From assembly GCA_944331895.1 (NCBI GenBank), contig CALVIX010000003.1, positions 74,953 through 138,952 of the forward strand: a DNA stretch of 64,000 nt, given 5' to 3'. A program made the translations under genes and the position numbers. Shown here piece after piece: positions 1-11,700 of the stretch. Position 1 is the stretch's first letter. Every line of letters begins with the position of its first letter. The notes under the pieces are model-generated. The model had not been told where the DNA came from, did no database searches, and worked only from the letters and a program-made list of their open reading frames with translations. Source of the stretch: an uncultured Bacilli bacterium. GTDB taxonomy: Bacteria > Bacillota_I > Bacilli_A > RF39 > UBA660.

Positions 1-605
1 AAAAAGACATCACTAATAGCATCGTTAATTTTCTTTTGTTTTCTAAAATAGCGGATAAATTGAATATCATTATAGTTAATATAAATATAGTAGATAAACC
101 CTGAGAATGACAGCAATAATCCAATCCAAAAATTTACTCGCACCATGATAAACATAAGCACAATGATTTTTATGGAAGAATTGATCACCTCAAAAATAGC
201 GTCAATATAAAGTGGAACATCTACAGTATCTGAATTGACCACATTGTAAAGCCGCCCATGCGATACTTTATCCGTAAAATGTTCATCGACGATTGCTAGT
301 TTCTTTAAAAATTTTCGATATAAATTTTCACAAAAATATAACCCATTTTGCGTATAAGCTCGATAATTTTCCCACCAAAAAAGAGAGATGAAAAAATAAT
401 TCAAACCTAGAATACCACACCATAAAAAAGCTTCATCCGGCTGATTTTCAGTTGCGTATTTAATAATCATAGAAACTGCAAAAGGTACGACTAATTCTAG
501 TAAGTGTGCCAAAATAGAACATACATATTCTATCGATAAAACACTCCATTTTACTTTTGATACTTTAAAAGGTGCAGTAAAAAAATCAATCACTTGATGT
601 ACCAT
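1..605 (-). CDS. ABC exporter, N-terminal transmembrane domain (5' part only; gene runs off the window start)
   Basis: Absent from the ORF track because it has no in-window stop. My translation from ATG at 605 gives MVHQVIDFFTAPFKVSKVKWSVLSIEYVCSILAHLLELVVPFAVSMIIKY...DKVSHGRLYNVVNSDTVDV..., with several hydrophobic spans and the G-x-L-x-x-x-x-x-D loop typical of MsbA-type ABC membrane domains. Confidence 0.5.
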   Translation of the reverse strand, partial: MVHQVIDFFTAPFKVSKVKWSVLSIEYVCSILAHLLELVVPFAVSMIIKYATENQPDEAFLWCGILGLNYFFISLFWWENYRAYTQNGLYFCENLYRKFLKKLAIVDEHFTDKVSHGRLYNVVNSDTVDVPLYIDAIFEVINSSIKIIVLMFIMVRVNFWIGLLLSFSGFIYYIYINYNDIQFIRYFRKQKKINDAISDVF

Positions 606-684
606 CTCACACACCCCTATTCTATATAATATAGTATATCAAAACTCATATTGAAAAACAATAAAAAAGGATGATTTCTCACCC

Positions 685-1710
685 TTAGTCACCAGCTGCT
701 GAACTATTTGTACTGAATTGTAAATCGAATGAAATGTTTCCACCAGATGCATTGTTTTCACAGTCTACATCCTGTCCTTCAATCCACATATAGATTCTAA
801 CTTTTGTAATACCTTTACTCAATGTAATCAATTGTTGATATTCAGCAAAACCATCATCAGTTTTAATTTTTGGTATTACTGTTTGGAATTTATCATTTGC
901 CTGCGTTGCATTCGCATTTCCTAATGTAATATTAGCATCTGAATTAAACTCAGCTTTGATTCCATCATATGGTACTGGATCGTTTCCAGTTCCTGCAGTA
1001 ATATCATCAATTCCATAAGTGTCACGTGCGTTTGCTACACCAAATGATGTATGTGAATCTGCATTTGGTTCCCAGATCGTCACAGCTGACCCTACACCGT
1101 TATTCAAACCTTGAATATTAGGGATTGTATCATCACTTGTCGTATTTCCTAATACTACGAATGCAACTCTCGTAGCATTTTTAATTCCGGTATCAGCGGC
1201 ATCCTTGAAAGAAACTCCTGAATTCGTCGTTAAATAGATTGGTGCTTCAGATTCTGTACGTAAGAAAATATCGTATGCTACATAAGAACCATTTGCTCCA
1301 TCCGCATCTATTTGTTTCGTTGAACTTAATACCCAGTCTCCAGTATCATTAGAAGTAACTTCTCCTAGATACATATTCATCGTACCACCGGCATCCATAA
1401 CACCTGCACTTGATACTGGTTCTAGCATCGCAGGTAATTGGTTCTTTGCTGCTGTATAATTTCCCTTTGCTCCCGTGATATCTGTCGTCGTCAAAATAGA
1501 TTTCCAATTTTGACCATCAGCAGAAATTTGTAGACCACTTTTTGCAGCTACGTTAACATCAATTGGATTTACTGAAACAGTCTTATTTGCTGTAAACCAT
1601 GCGTAAGTTGCAGTACCTAAGAAAATTCCAGTTCCAACGAGTAGTAACAATGACAAAAGTAATCTTCTCTGTTTTCTTTGATTTCTCTTCTTTTTCTTAT
1701 TACTATTCAT
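685..1710 (-). CDS. Secreted TasA-like protein, family A (SipW-cognate-type signal; EGQDVDC C-terminal motif)
   Basis: 341-aa ORF with RBS GGGAGAG upstream. Basic n-region KKKKRNQRKQRR, one hydrophobic span, then GTATYAWFTANKTV. Paralogue of 12881-13870 (shared NATRxAF, IWEPNxDxHT, PYDGxxAE, ITKVRIYMWxEGQDVDCE). Confidence 0.6.
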   Translation of the reverse strand: MNSNKKKKRNQRKQRRLLLSLLLLVGTGIFLGTATYAWFTANKTVSVNPIDVNVAAKSGLQISADGQNWKSILTTTDITGAKGNYTAAKNQLPAMLEPVSSAGVMDAGGTMNMYLGEVTSNDTGDWVLSSTKQIDADGANGSYVAYDIFLRTESEAPIYLTTNSGVSFKDAADTGIKNATRVAFVVLGNTTSDDTIPNIQGLNNGVGSAVTIWEPNADSHTSFGVANARDTYGIDDITAGTGNDPVPYDGIKAEFNSDANITLGNANATQANDKFQTVIPKIKTDDGFAEYQQLITLSKGITKVRIYMWIEGQDVDCENNASGGNISFDLQFSTNSSAAGD

Positions 1711-1797
1711 AAATCAATCTCTCCCTATTCTTAACATCTTAATTTTATCAAAATTTTTTTCATAAAGCAACATGTTTTTGACACTAATTGACAAATT

Positions 1798-2364
1798 TTA
1801 CACTTGCGTTGCAGTAATTGTTACTTCTACATGATCTATTAAATCTTGATACACTTCTTCATTATAATTAGTTGGAAAATTTACGATCAATTGATAGTGA
1901 TTCGTCATCTCTTTTTCTTTTTCAAACCTCTGCTTTGGAGTTGAAAATTTAAAGAAATACATTCCGTCTTCATCCTGTATAATTTCTTTATTCTGAAAAT
2001 CATTGACCGTGGCATCATTCAGATAGATTTTATAATCGACAGGAATATTCGTCGTAGTTTCCAATTCTAATGTATATTCCAAATCAACTTCGCTGACATT
2101 ATCATCTTTAAAATTAGAAACATCTATATTGAAAATATAATCTTTTCCATCCGGTTTTACATCGAACATTTTTAATGTTTGCGATTCCGTCGTCGGATGA
2201 ATGATGTAAAATGCGATATCTCCGACAGCTGTTCCCGAACCATCTGTAAAAAATCTCGCAAATACAACCCTCATTCCGAGTAATAATAATAGAATACCAA
2301 CGATCGCAATCGTAATCTTTTGAAATTGCCAGAATTTCTTTTTATCAATCATCTTTACCACCAT
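1798..2364 (-). CDS. Membrane-anchored or secreted protein, family B (paralogous to the N-domain of 20558-21487)
   Basis: 188-aa ORF with one N-terminal span followed by VVFARFFTDG. YIFNIDVSNFKDDNVSEVDLEYTLEL aligns with YNIVINLNSFKNNHLKSNSDIDYEVSL of the 309-aa ORF. An alternative start at 2352 (ATG overlapping the sipW stop) is possible. Confidence 0.5.
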   Translation of the reverse strand: MVVKMIDKKKFWQFQKITIAIVGILLLLLGMRVVFARFFTDGSGTAVGDIAFYIIHPTTESQTLKMFDVKPDGKDYIFNIDVSNFKDDNVSEVDLEYTLELETTTNIPVDYKIYLNDATVNDFQNKEIIQDEDGMYFFKFSTPKQRFEKEKEMTNHYQLIVNFPTNYNEEVYQDLIDHVEVTITATQV

Positions 2365-2920
2365 TTTTCATCTGAATACCAGAATAATAAATAGCAAAGT
2401 CGGCATTGTCTGGCAGATGCTTCTTCCCAGTATACGCAAAAGCAATAGAGAACAAAAACAAAGTCACGCAGATCATAGCGATAATTTTAGGTGTCGATAG
2501 CACCTTAAACCATACGCCAAACTGAGGCAATATCTTGACCACTTTTCCCACTACTTGTTCTTTTAAAATAACTTTATCTTGTTCCATATTTGCATCACCT
2601 TTAGTGACATATCCCGTTTGGGTTACCTGCTGTACACGGTGCGTAATGAGAGTATCTCCATCCTTGTAAGTAATAATATCTCCTACTTTAATATTTTCAT
2701 CTGATAATTTTACGATAATTAAATCATTCGTCGTAATCGCAGGAGCCATACTGTTACTTCCAATCTGAAAAAACGTATAGGAAAAGAAATTAACATACTT
2801 ATTGGAAAGTACTTTTATACTTACGAAAGAGTATAGACAAAGAACAAGCACGATTCCTAATATGACAAATAGGATATTGCTGATTACTTTCATAGATCTA
2901 TACACGATCTCACTCTTCAT
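2345..2920 (-). CDS. sipW: Signal peptidase I, SipW (ER/archaeal) type, catalytic residues present
   Basis: 191 aa with N- and C-terminal membrane spans. Ser box IGSNSMAPAI, GDIITY, His box ITHRV, TKGDANMEQD; this matches the SGSMEP / THR / GDNN layout of B. subtilis SipW. Confidence 0.8.
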   Translation of the reverse strand: MKSEIVYRSMKVISNILFVILGIVLVLCLYSFVSIKVLSNKYVNFFSYTFFQIGSNSMAPAITTNDLIIVKLSDENIKVGDIITYKDGDTLITHRVQQVTQTGYVTKGDANMEQDKVILKEQVVGKVVKILPQFGVWFKVLSTPKIIAMICVTLFLFSIAFAYTGKKHLPDNADFAIYYSGIQMKNGGKDD

Positions 2921-2939
2921 GCGATCACCACCTTTGATT

Positions 2940-3515
2940 TTATTCTTTTATATACTGTTCAAACTGAATCGTTATTGGAATCAAAAACTGACTATCAGGA
3001 TCTTGTCCTAGCTCAGAATCTGTCTCGTTATATTGATCATCCCACACCCAATGGAACGTCACCTGAATCGTATCTGTTTTACCAGCTTCGATATCATCTA
3101 ATGTTACAACGCGACGATATACGCCATTTTCTTCTATTAACTGTGTACCGTTGACACCAACAACTTCATCTACTGTAATCTGATCATATTCTTGCTTTTC
3201 TAAGTCCAACTTCAATTGATATTGAAACGAAACCTCCGTATCCTTAGGATCGATTTCGATCAAAAACTTTCCTGTTACACCAGGCGCGAACTTCGAAACA
3301 GGATTTCCATTTCGATCGACATAGGAAATCTCATCGATGTAAAATGTTCGATCTGTCTGATTTAAATCGCTATCATTTACGGTAATATGCCATTTCGCAA
3401 CTGTGAGTTCACTTTCGTCATCGATACTAGTTTCAAATAATCCAAAGCTTTTCGTTATTTGAAATATCGTAAGACAACAAAAGAGAATACTTATTACTAT
3501 GAGTATTTTCTTCAT
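2940..3515 (-). CDS. Secreted TasA/camelysin-like protein, family C
   Basis: 191 aa with signal-like N-terminus ending ITKSFGLFETS. VAKWHITVNDSDL, APGVTGKFLIEIDPKDTEVSFQYQL and VTFHWVWDD are all mirrored in the plus-strand ORF 15144-15734. Confidence 0.55.
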   Translation of the reverse strand: MKKILIVISILFCCLTIFQITKSFGLFETSIDDESELTVAKWHITVNDSDLNQTDRTFYIDEISYVDRNGNPVSKFAPGVTGKFLIEIDPKDTEVSFQYQLKLDLEKQEYDQITVDEVVGVNGTQLIEENGVYRRVVTLDDIEAGKTDTIQVTFHWVWDDQYNETDSELGQDPDSQFLIPITIQFEQYIKE

Positions 3516-4042
3516 TCATCCTCGTCTTCGATTGGCGCCTTAATCTCGATAATCACACGGTATAGTTCATATAAGAACAATAGTAAAGTTGGTAAAATAA
3601 CTAAAATGAGAAATCCAAAACGAGATTCTAATATAGATAGGATTTGTCCAAGTTCTGGATAAACCTTCGCAGATTCCGTTCTTCCAATTAAACTAGAACT
3701 TGAAATGTCATGATTATCGTTAATCGTAAATGTACGTTCATCTTCATCTACTGGCAACACCTCTGTTACAGTTCCATAATGAATACTTGGTATTCCATTC
3801 GTTACCTCGTAGAAGAAAATCTCGTCGTTTTCTTTTACTTTTTCCATTTCTCCTTGGCGAAATAATACTAAATCACCATCGTTATATTTATCAGAATCAT
3901 CATCGATGATAATAAAACTATAGCCTAACATCTCTGTTACTTTATAATCATTGTAGCAAAGTAAACATGATGTGACTAAAATAATCACTGCCAAATAACA
4001 TACTCCGATGACTCCTAATATTCCTTTTAAAACTAATTTCAT
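3512..4042 (-). CDS. SipW-like pseudo-peptidase (nucleophile Ser replaced)
   Basis: 176 aa with the same N-TM / beta core / C-TM layout as SipW. NDGDLVLF aligns with NTGSLILV of SipW, which puts IIIDDDSDKY where GSMxP should be (Ser to Asp). Acidic C-terminal tail. Confidence 0.5.
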   Translation of the reverse strand: MKLVLKGILGVIGVCYLAVIILVTSCLLCYNDYKVTEMLGYSFIIIDDDSDKYNDGDLVLFRQGEMEKVKENDEIFFYEVTNGIPSIHYGTVTEVLPVDEDERTFTINDNHDISSSSLIGRTESAKVYPELGQILSILESRFGFLILVILPTLLLFLYELYRVIIEIKAPIEDEDE

Positions 4043-4086
4043 ATCCCTACTCCTTCATGTTTCTATTTTATCACAAAAACAATTCA

Positions 4087-5634
4087 TTACCTAGCGATTT
4101 CTTTTTTTTCCATGATTTTCTGAACTTTCTTTACTCTTATTAAATCATCGATAGATATATGAAGTTTTTGTAGTTGATAATATATAATTATCTTTTTTAA
4201 ATCTGTCTTACACTGTTTTAACTGTTCTGTTGCTAACATATCTTCTTTTAGATCAACGCCTAGTAATCGATAGTTAGAAATCAACATAGAAGCGACATTT
4301 CCTTCTTCCGATATCGTCAAATTATTGATCATTGTATTGTTCGGATTTAAAACGAATTGATAAAGATTTTGATGTTCTTCATCTACTTTTTCATATGTCG
4401 TTTGTGGATCTTTTTCAAAACACATATCAGCTAAGAATGCATAATATTGACTCACGAGCAATAATGATTTAAAAATCGTTGAATTGTCTTTCATGTGCTC
4501 TTTGACAGTATAGTGAAACATCACCTGATCCACTTCGTGATATTGTGCTTCTATCTCGCTGATCACCTGATTGATTTCTGGTGTGATTTTGTCTACTTTT
4601 GTCTTAGAAAAAGTCCCCCGAGATTTTTTATTTAATTTTGTTAACTTCTTTTCTAATTCTTTGATCTTCTTAAAATGTTTTTGCAATACATTACGGTCTA
4701 AATCTTCTTTGTATAACGATCTGATTTTGGCAATCAACGCTTCATATTTCTGATAATTTTCGTATTCTTCTAACGAGTGTAATAATTTGAAAGCAACATT
4801 TTCTAACTCGGATTCTTTTCCTTCAAAAGAGTTTCCAAAATACGTATTTATTAAATTTTTAATTTTTTCTTCCGTATAATCATCTACATTATAAGCTCCT
4901 GACACAAAACAATATAATAGATGTTCCTTCTTCCCAAGCTTTTCCATCTCTAACTTATGACATAGATAACTATAGTCATCGATCAAACTTTTTTCTCCAT
5001 GTTGAAAACGCGATAACATCTCTGCATTCGTACGAGTGATGTATTGTTCGAATTTCTTCTTGTGTTTTAAATATAGATGGCGAAGATTCAATTCAATTTC
5101 TAAAATTAAATATGGATCTTTCCAATAGAGTTCTTCAAATACTTTTTCTAACGTTCCACTATTGATATAGTTTTGATAGGAAAAGAAGGATTCCATATAT
5201 TGGTGTGAGAACTTCGTATAGTTAAAATCGGATGCCTGCAAAGATATCCCTACTTTGTTAAATACAGATATCACTCTTTTTAAAACGTGATTATTATCGT
5301 TTAAACGATTCATCTTATAGCGTGAAAGTTGATACATATTTTTATCTAGTCTTAATTTTTCATACGCCGTTGCTAAATTATTCGTATAGGATAATGCTTT
5401 AGAAAGTTGCATCAGCGCATCATGGTATTCTTGAAAAGACTGTGGCTGTAAAGATAAATATGGTTTTTCACGGTTCACAAGTTCCGTATAAATCATATTT
5501 ACCTTTTCTTGATAAGTTGCAATTTCACGCTCTATTTCATTTAAAAACTTCGTTTGGTTTTTTAAATTGTTCGTCGGTAAACTTTGAAATACTTCACGGC
5601 TTAATGCGATTTCTTTTTCAATTCTTTCCTTCAT
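4087..5634 (-). CDS. Cytoplasmic K/E/L-rich helical protein, unknown function
   Basis: 515-aa ORF with no hydrophobic span and no motif I recognise. Its start is overlapped by the small ORF 5618-5746. Confidence 0.6.
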   Translation of the reverse strand: MKERIEKEIALSREVFQSLPTNNLKNQTKFLNEIEREIATYQEKVNMIYTELVNREKPYLSLQPQSFQEYHDALMQLSKALSYTNNLATAYEKLRLDKNMYQLSRYKMNRLNDNNHVLKRVISVFNKVGISLQASDFNYTKFSHQYMESFFSYQNYINSGTLEKVFEELYWKDPYLILEIELNLRHLYLKHKKKFEQYITRTNAEMLSRFQHGEKSLIDDYSYLCHKLEMEKLGKKEHLLYCFVSGAYNVDDYTEEKIKNLINTYFGNSFEGKESELENVAFKLLHSLEEYENYQKYEALIAKIRSLYKEDLDRNVLQKHFKKIKELEKKLTKLNKKSRGTFSKTKVDKITPEINQVISEIEAQYHEVDQVMFHYTVKEHMKDNSTIFKSLLLVSQYYAFLADMCFEKDPQTTYEKVDEEHQNLYQFVLNPNNTMINNLTISEEGNVASMLISNYRLLGVDLKEDMLATEQLKQCKTDLKKIIIYYQLQKLHISIDDLIRVKKVQKIMEKKEIAR

Positions 5635-5746
5635 TTTCTACACTCTTTTCCACTTCTTTTTTCTTCGTTTCTAATTCTTTTAAATAATCATTTATCACTT
5701 GATAACACTCGATCAATTCATCTGTATTTACTGTTTCTAAATCCAT
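5618..5746 (-). CDS. Small acidic coiled-coil ORF (42 aa), not in the ORF track
   Basis: AGGAGG (5753-5758) sits 6 nt upstream of ATG at 5746. Translation: MDLETVNTDELIECYQVINDYLKELETKKKEVEKSVENEGKN. The RBS abuts the stop codon of the giant ORF (5757-5759), and the ORF's stop overlaps the 515-aa ORF start by 17 nt, suggesting translational coupling. Confidence 0.4.
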   Translation of the reverse strand: MDLETVNTDELIECYQVINDYLKELETKKKEVEKSVENEGKN

Positions 5747-5756
5747 ATGGTTCCTC

Positions 5757-8700
5757 CTATTTTATTATAACATATTCTGTACAATCTCCTATCAAAGTAT
5801 CTCCGTCGTATAATCGAAATACAAACCGATATGTACCACTTTTTAAATTTGATTTTAAATATAAATTCTTATCGCTTTCCGCAGCCGGCATTTCTGAAAG
5901 TAAATATTCATTTTCATTTTTCTGCTGCATATTGTTTGAAACATAATCTAACAAGTTGACTTGAGAGTATGTCGTATCGTAAATCTCATCGTAATTTCTT
6001 CTAAACAAGCTAACGCGTATATTTGGATTAGATAAATTAGAAGAGTACTTTACGTGGAAAATAAGGGCGTTATTTCCTAGTGTCGTATACCCTGTTTCTT
6101 TATCTACGATCGTCTGTCTCTCATCTAAAGAAACGTCTAATCCATAACGACTATTGATAATCTCAAATGGAATTGTAATCTGATCCGATGAATTCGTTCC
6201 AAAATAGATCCCATCTGGCGAACCAAACGATTCGATTTTCATCGTGTAATTTCCACTAGCCAAGTTAACGTTATTCGTATGAATTTTAATACGACTCAAT
6301 ACATTGGCAACCTTATCTGCAAGTGGAATACGAATACTTCCATCCATACGTGGATAATAAGTAACTCCATCCAACTCGTAAGTAAGTCCAAGTAAGCTAC
6401 TATTGTTCAATTGATTTTGATTCGCATCAAAGATCGTAATGTAAACACCAAGACGCTTATCTAGATATGTCGTATCTACAACAGTTGCTCCACTTGCCGT
6501 CGATTGAGTGAAGTTCGTCGTCAATGTCAAATCGCTATCTTCACCGATATAAATTGGATTTTTACTTAAAGTTCCTTCGACATCGATCACTGCGTCTCGA
6601 TTATCATATAAGTTATAAGTTAGGTTCGCATGTTGAATTCCGAGAACGCTAATCAAAGTTTGATCTTGCGCGTTTCGAAGTTCCATGAGTAAACTCTTTC
6701 CAATCTGATCCCCTTCGATCGTGGTATCTCCAAAATCGACGATAAAGATAAATTCTTCTTCGATAATTCCCATCTCTTCGTCATAGTAAAGTTCCATATT
6801 TTTTTGTTCGTTATAATTATTGTCTGCACTCGTCGATCCCATGGCAATAAAATCACTTAAATAATAAGAACTTTCTCCATATAACGCATGTTCTGCTGTT
6901 GCATTTCGATAATCTTCTTCATCGATGACATGATAATAGTATGTTGGCATCGTCGCAAAGTCGATCATCGTTATCTTTGTTCCAACTGGCAATACGTAAC
7001 TAGATACAAGTGCATGCTGATATCCCGTTTGATAATATGGTTTATCTGTTTCCATATAAAGAGAATAATAAGCACTCAAGGATGATTTCGTTGTAATGTT
7101 CGTCTGTGTCGATGCGAATAAATCGTATTTTTCCCCTGTCGTCATCGCACCTTCATATTCGTTATTTGCATATAATGCAGAATTGATCGTTACGTTGATA
7201 TTGACACGAGTTACCTCGTTATTTAATTCATCGATCGGTGTTATCTCCAAAAGGGAAATGACAACGGTACCAATTTCTCTTGCCTGTGTTAAATTTTTAG
7301 AATGGTACAAATAGAAGATGAAACTAGGTACAGCACTTGAATTCTCCGATTGATAATTGGTTGTCCCAACGACGGAAGATCCTTCTTCGGTTCTAAAGTT
7401 TGTAGATCCTTTCGTAACGAAACCTGTATTAGATGCCTCCATCGAAAGCCCCATGATGTCATCTGCTTTTCCATCTCGATTGACTCTTTCAATCGTATCT
7501 GGATCGACAAGTTCAAACCCTTCTTCGAGATTCTGATAGTTAAATCCTAAAATCTCAAACTGCGTATTCGCTCCACCAGATGTTACTAAAGGTAACTCGT
7601 ACGTACCTAACGTCGCATACTTAGATGCCGTTAAAGTAAGTTCGTACGTTTCAACGGTCTCTCCAATTACCCACATATAATAACTAGCATCGCTCGGTGT
7701 AGGTTCAATATACTTCACTTCTACTGTTCCTTCGACATCTTCATTTTCATAGTTACTATAAAAACCATCTTTCGTAATATCGTGATTTGTATTGTGTAAT
7801 CCTAAGACGTAGCTTCCTGATGTGAATGCATAGAACTCTCCAGAAGCAACAGTATCCCCTGCATCGTATTTTTGATGGTAAAATGCAGTTAATACGCGAT
7901 CGTTACGATCTAATTGATACATTCCAAAGAACGTCATTCCACTCACTTCTCCATAGCTCGTGACGGCTTCGTTTGTCGCGATATTCATGTTTTTGCCTTC
8001 TAACATATAAACGCGATTATCGACATTTTTCGTGACACTTCCGCCTTCAGTAATCGTAACACTTGCCTCAGTCTCATTCTCTCCATCGATCTTTAAACTA
8101 TTAAATTTTTGTAATAAGTTCGTTCCGTTATCTAAAAATAGAGTACTATTATTTGCTAACTTTAATTCCTTGACACGACTAATACTAAATTTTGTCGTCG
8201 AAAATTCATTCGTACGGTCTGTCGTTCCTTCTAATTTAATTGCAGAATTTTTAAGAGTTACAATATCTGCTCTTTGAATAGAAATATTTTCCTGGTACTG
8301 ATCAAAAGTACCATAATTTGAAATATCGATATAACTATAACCTTCTGTACTAGATGCGTTTCCAGAACCAAAGATAGAACCTTTGATATAAAATTGATCA
8401 TATCCATCTCCATCGATTGTAATTTGGATTCCTTCTGTTACACTGATAAAAGAATAGTCGTAGTTTGGATCTCCTTCGGCATTGGCTTCTCCTCCTCCAA
8501 AGACAGTTCCATCGATCATGATATCGCTCTTCGTTAAATTTTCATTCGATCCGATATTTAATTCTACCGTTCCATAAAGTACGGCTGTATTGGCTCCCCC
8601 ATATACATTTCCATGGATCGCAGCTCCAGCTATATTGACGTGACTGACAGAACGATTGACTTCCTTCGTTCCCGTATTTGCGGCGTTTCCTCCACCAAAA

Positions 8701-11700
8701 ACATGTTGATCCACTATCGTATTTTGATCTACGTTGAGTGTCGTCGAACCATGGACGATTGCACTTTGTCCATTGCCACCAGCGTAGATACTACTTTGGA
8801 TATGAGAATTTGAAATGTTTACCTCGGTATCTCCCGATACAATTCCAAGATTTCCTCCACCAAACAAATCTCCAGCGATCGATGAATTTTTAAAAACTAC
8901 TTTCGTATCATAATTAACGGCAGCTTGATTTCCTCCACCGAAGAATTCTCCGTTCATCGTAATAGAGTCTACTTGAACATTGGTCTGATCTGTCGGTGCC
9001 ATATTTCCGCCACCATATAAATTGGTATAACTTCCTCCATTTAACGTAACATTAGCGTCTTTGGTAACACCACCTTGATTATTTCCACCATATACATTTC
9101 CGACAGTCAAATTAGATGGATTTTCAGCTTTCACATTTGAAGTTTCTACTGTTCCTGCTTGATTACTTCCACCAAATGCATAAGTAGCTTGTCCGGATTT
9201 CAAATCGACGTTCGTCGTCGTAACACCAGCTTGGTTTCCACCACCATAAATACTTCCGACGGTAGATCCAGATAGAGTCAGATTCGATGTCGTCGTAGAA
9301 GTTTTATTTCCTCCGCCATAGGCGTTCGTAATCGTTCCTCCGCTTAATAATATATTCGTCGTCGCAGTAATTCCACCTTGGTTATTTCCACCATATACGT
9401 TCGTTAAATTACCACCCGTAATACGAATATCTGACTGTGGAACATTTCCTAGGATGTTAGAACCACCATATAATTCTCCAATCGTCGCATTTTCTACCAT
9501 AATCAAGGTAGATTGTGACATGTTCGCTTGTTCTCCGCCACCGTAGACGGTATCTACTGTTCCATTTTTGATCGTAAGTGTACTTGTATTGCTATCGGTT
9601 AGTTTTCCACCACCATACATCGTACCAACGGTACCACCAGTCATTGTAATATTCGTCGTAGTCGTTTTCCCACCGACATTATTTCCACCATATATGTTGG
9701 TTGCCGATCCTCCTGAAATAGTAATCTGGGCATTTTCAACATCGCCACTTTGATTACTTCCACCAAATAAATTCGTAACCTGACTACCATTTTGAAAAAC
9801 ATTTGTCTCCGATACTAAAGTGTTATTTCCACCACCGTAGGCATTTGTAATCGTTCCTCCGTTTAAGGTAACAACAACACTTCCGTTTGGCTCTCCTTTA
9901 GCGTCATTCCCGCCAAATAGATTGGTGATCACTCCTCCTGTCGTCGTAACAGAGACATCTCCTGCTACATATGGTGTAATCGTCTGATTTCCCTTTCCAC
10001 CACCAAATACTTGATTGATAGTTCCTGCATTGACGATAACACTCGTAGAATATGCACTTTGTGTCGTCGTTTTCTGTCCCGAATTGACTACACCAAAGGC
10101 ACTTCCTCCGTAAACTGAACCTGTTACGTTTAAATTTCTCGTACGAGCTGTACCTACAGTCATATCGATATTTTGAGTTACGTAAGTATCTTCTCCAAGT
10201 CCACCACCATAGGCGTCTTTTAAAGATCCATTTACAAGAGTAACTGCACTACTTCCATAAACTGTTCCTTCCTGATTACTTCCACCATAGATAGAATCTA
10301 ATACGGATCCTCCATCCATCGTAATCTCGATCGTGGATGTAACTCTTCCACTTCTTCCAGAACCACTGTGGTTTCCACTTCCAAAAACGGATCCATTTAC
10401 AGTCCCACCGACTAATTGGATGGATGTTGTAGAACTATTAGAAGCACTATAACCAACTGTACCATAGTTCCCACTACCATATACGTTCTTCTTTACGACT
10501 GCTTGATCGGCAATCACAATGTTAGAATGATTTACCGAACCGATGGTTGCATATCTTGAATTTCCGTTTCCACTTCCAAAGACAGAACCAGCTTCAGATC
10601 CCCATATCGTAGAACCATTATTGATATATGTATCATTTCCTATGGTTGCGGTTCCACCAATATAAACATAAGAGTCCCCCGTAAGCGTTCCATCACTACT
10701 ACTACCATCATATCCATTACTTCCCCCAAAGATACTATAATTTACAGTACCTCCAGTAACTTGCAAAATACGATTTCCATATGTAGTTGAAGTTCCTGCT
10801 CCACCAGTGATCGTATCCGCTTCTCCACCTGTCATATAAATATAGGTATCGTTCGTAGACCCCTTCGAACTTGCTGTCAACGGACCCCCGATAAGATTTG
10901 CGATATACCCGCCTTCTATTTTAGCAAGACGTGGTGCATAATGTGTCCCACCTTGACGACCACCTACATAAATACCAGAAGTATGATCGATATCGTGCGT
11001 TCCAAAACGTCCGCTTTTTACAATCGTATTCAGTGCAGGTGTCAGATCGTTATTCGACGAGTAAATTCGTCCTCCCCAACTACCAGATGCACAAAAGTAA
11101 ACAAGTAAGTTATCGTTATTGACAGTAACCCTATCATAATCATTTCCATATACTCCATACGTTTCTGTATATAACTGCGTCCCACTCGTTCCAGTCGATG
11201 ATCCCATCGTTAAAGATACAGAATTATAATCACCAGATTCTATTACAAGTTCATATCGTTCCGGATTGGAAGATGACCCAAAGGTTCCTCCACCCCAAAA
11301 ACTGTCGGAGTTTCTCCCACCTAAAATAGATGTAAAGTTAACATAATTTCCATTTTGTTTAATATTTCTTCCAAATTTTACGTTAAAATAATTACCATAA
11401 AACGTAGCGCTCGCACTATTTCTACTGGAAGGATCTACTTCCCTATGAGAAGTGGTTGTCGAAATAGTCATATTTTCTATTCTAAGATCCGAATAAGCTG
11501 TGACGCTTAAATTGTTAACATTCCATGTTGGATTATAATCAATACTATTATGTATACCAGTCAGCGTAAAAGGTTTCGTGCTTGATTCACTCCATCCCCT
11601 CGACATATTTCCATTCATAACTAAAATGTTCGTATCGCGCGTCGTCAGGTAGTAATAATCTGCGTCTGGATCGAGCTTTTCTTCTGTCCCGTCTGCTTTA

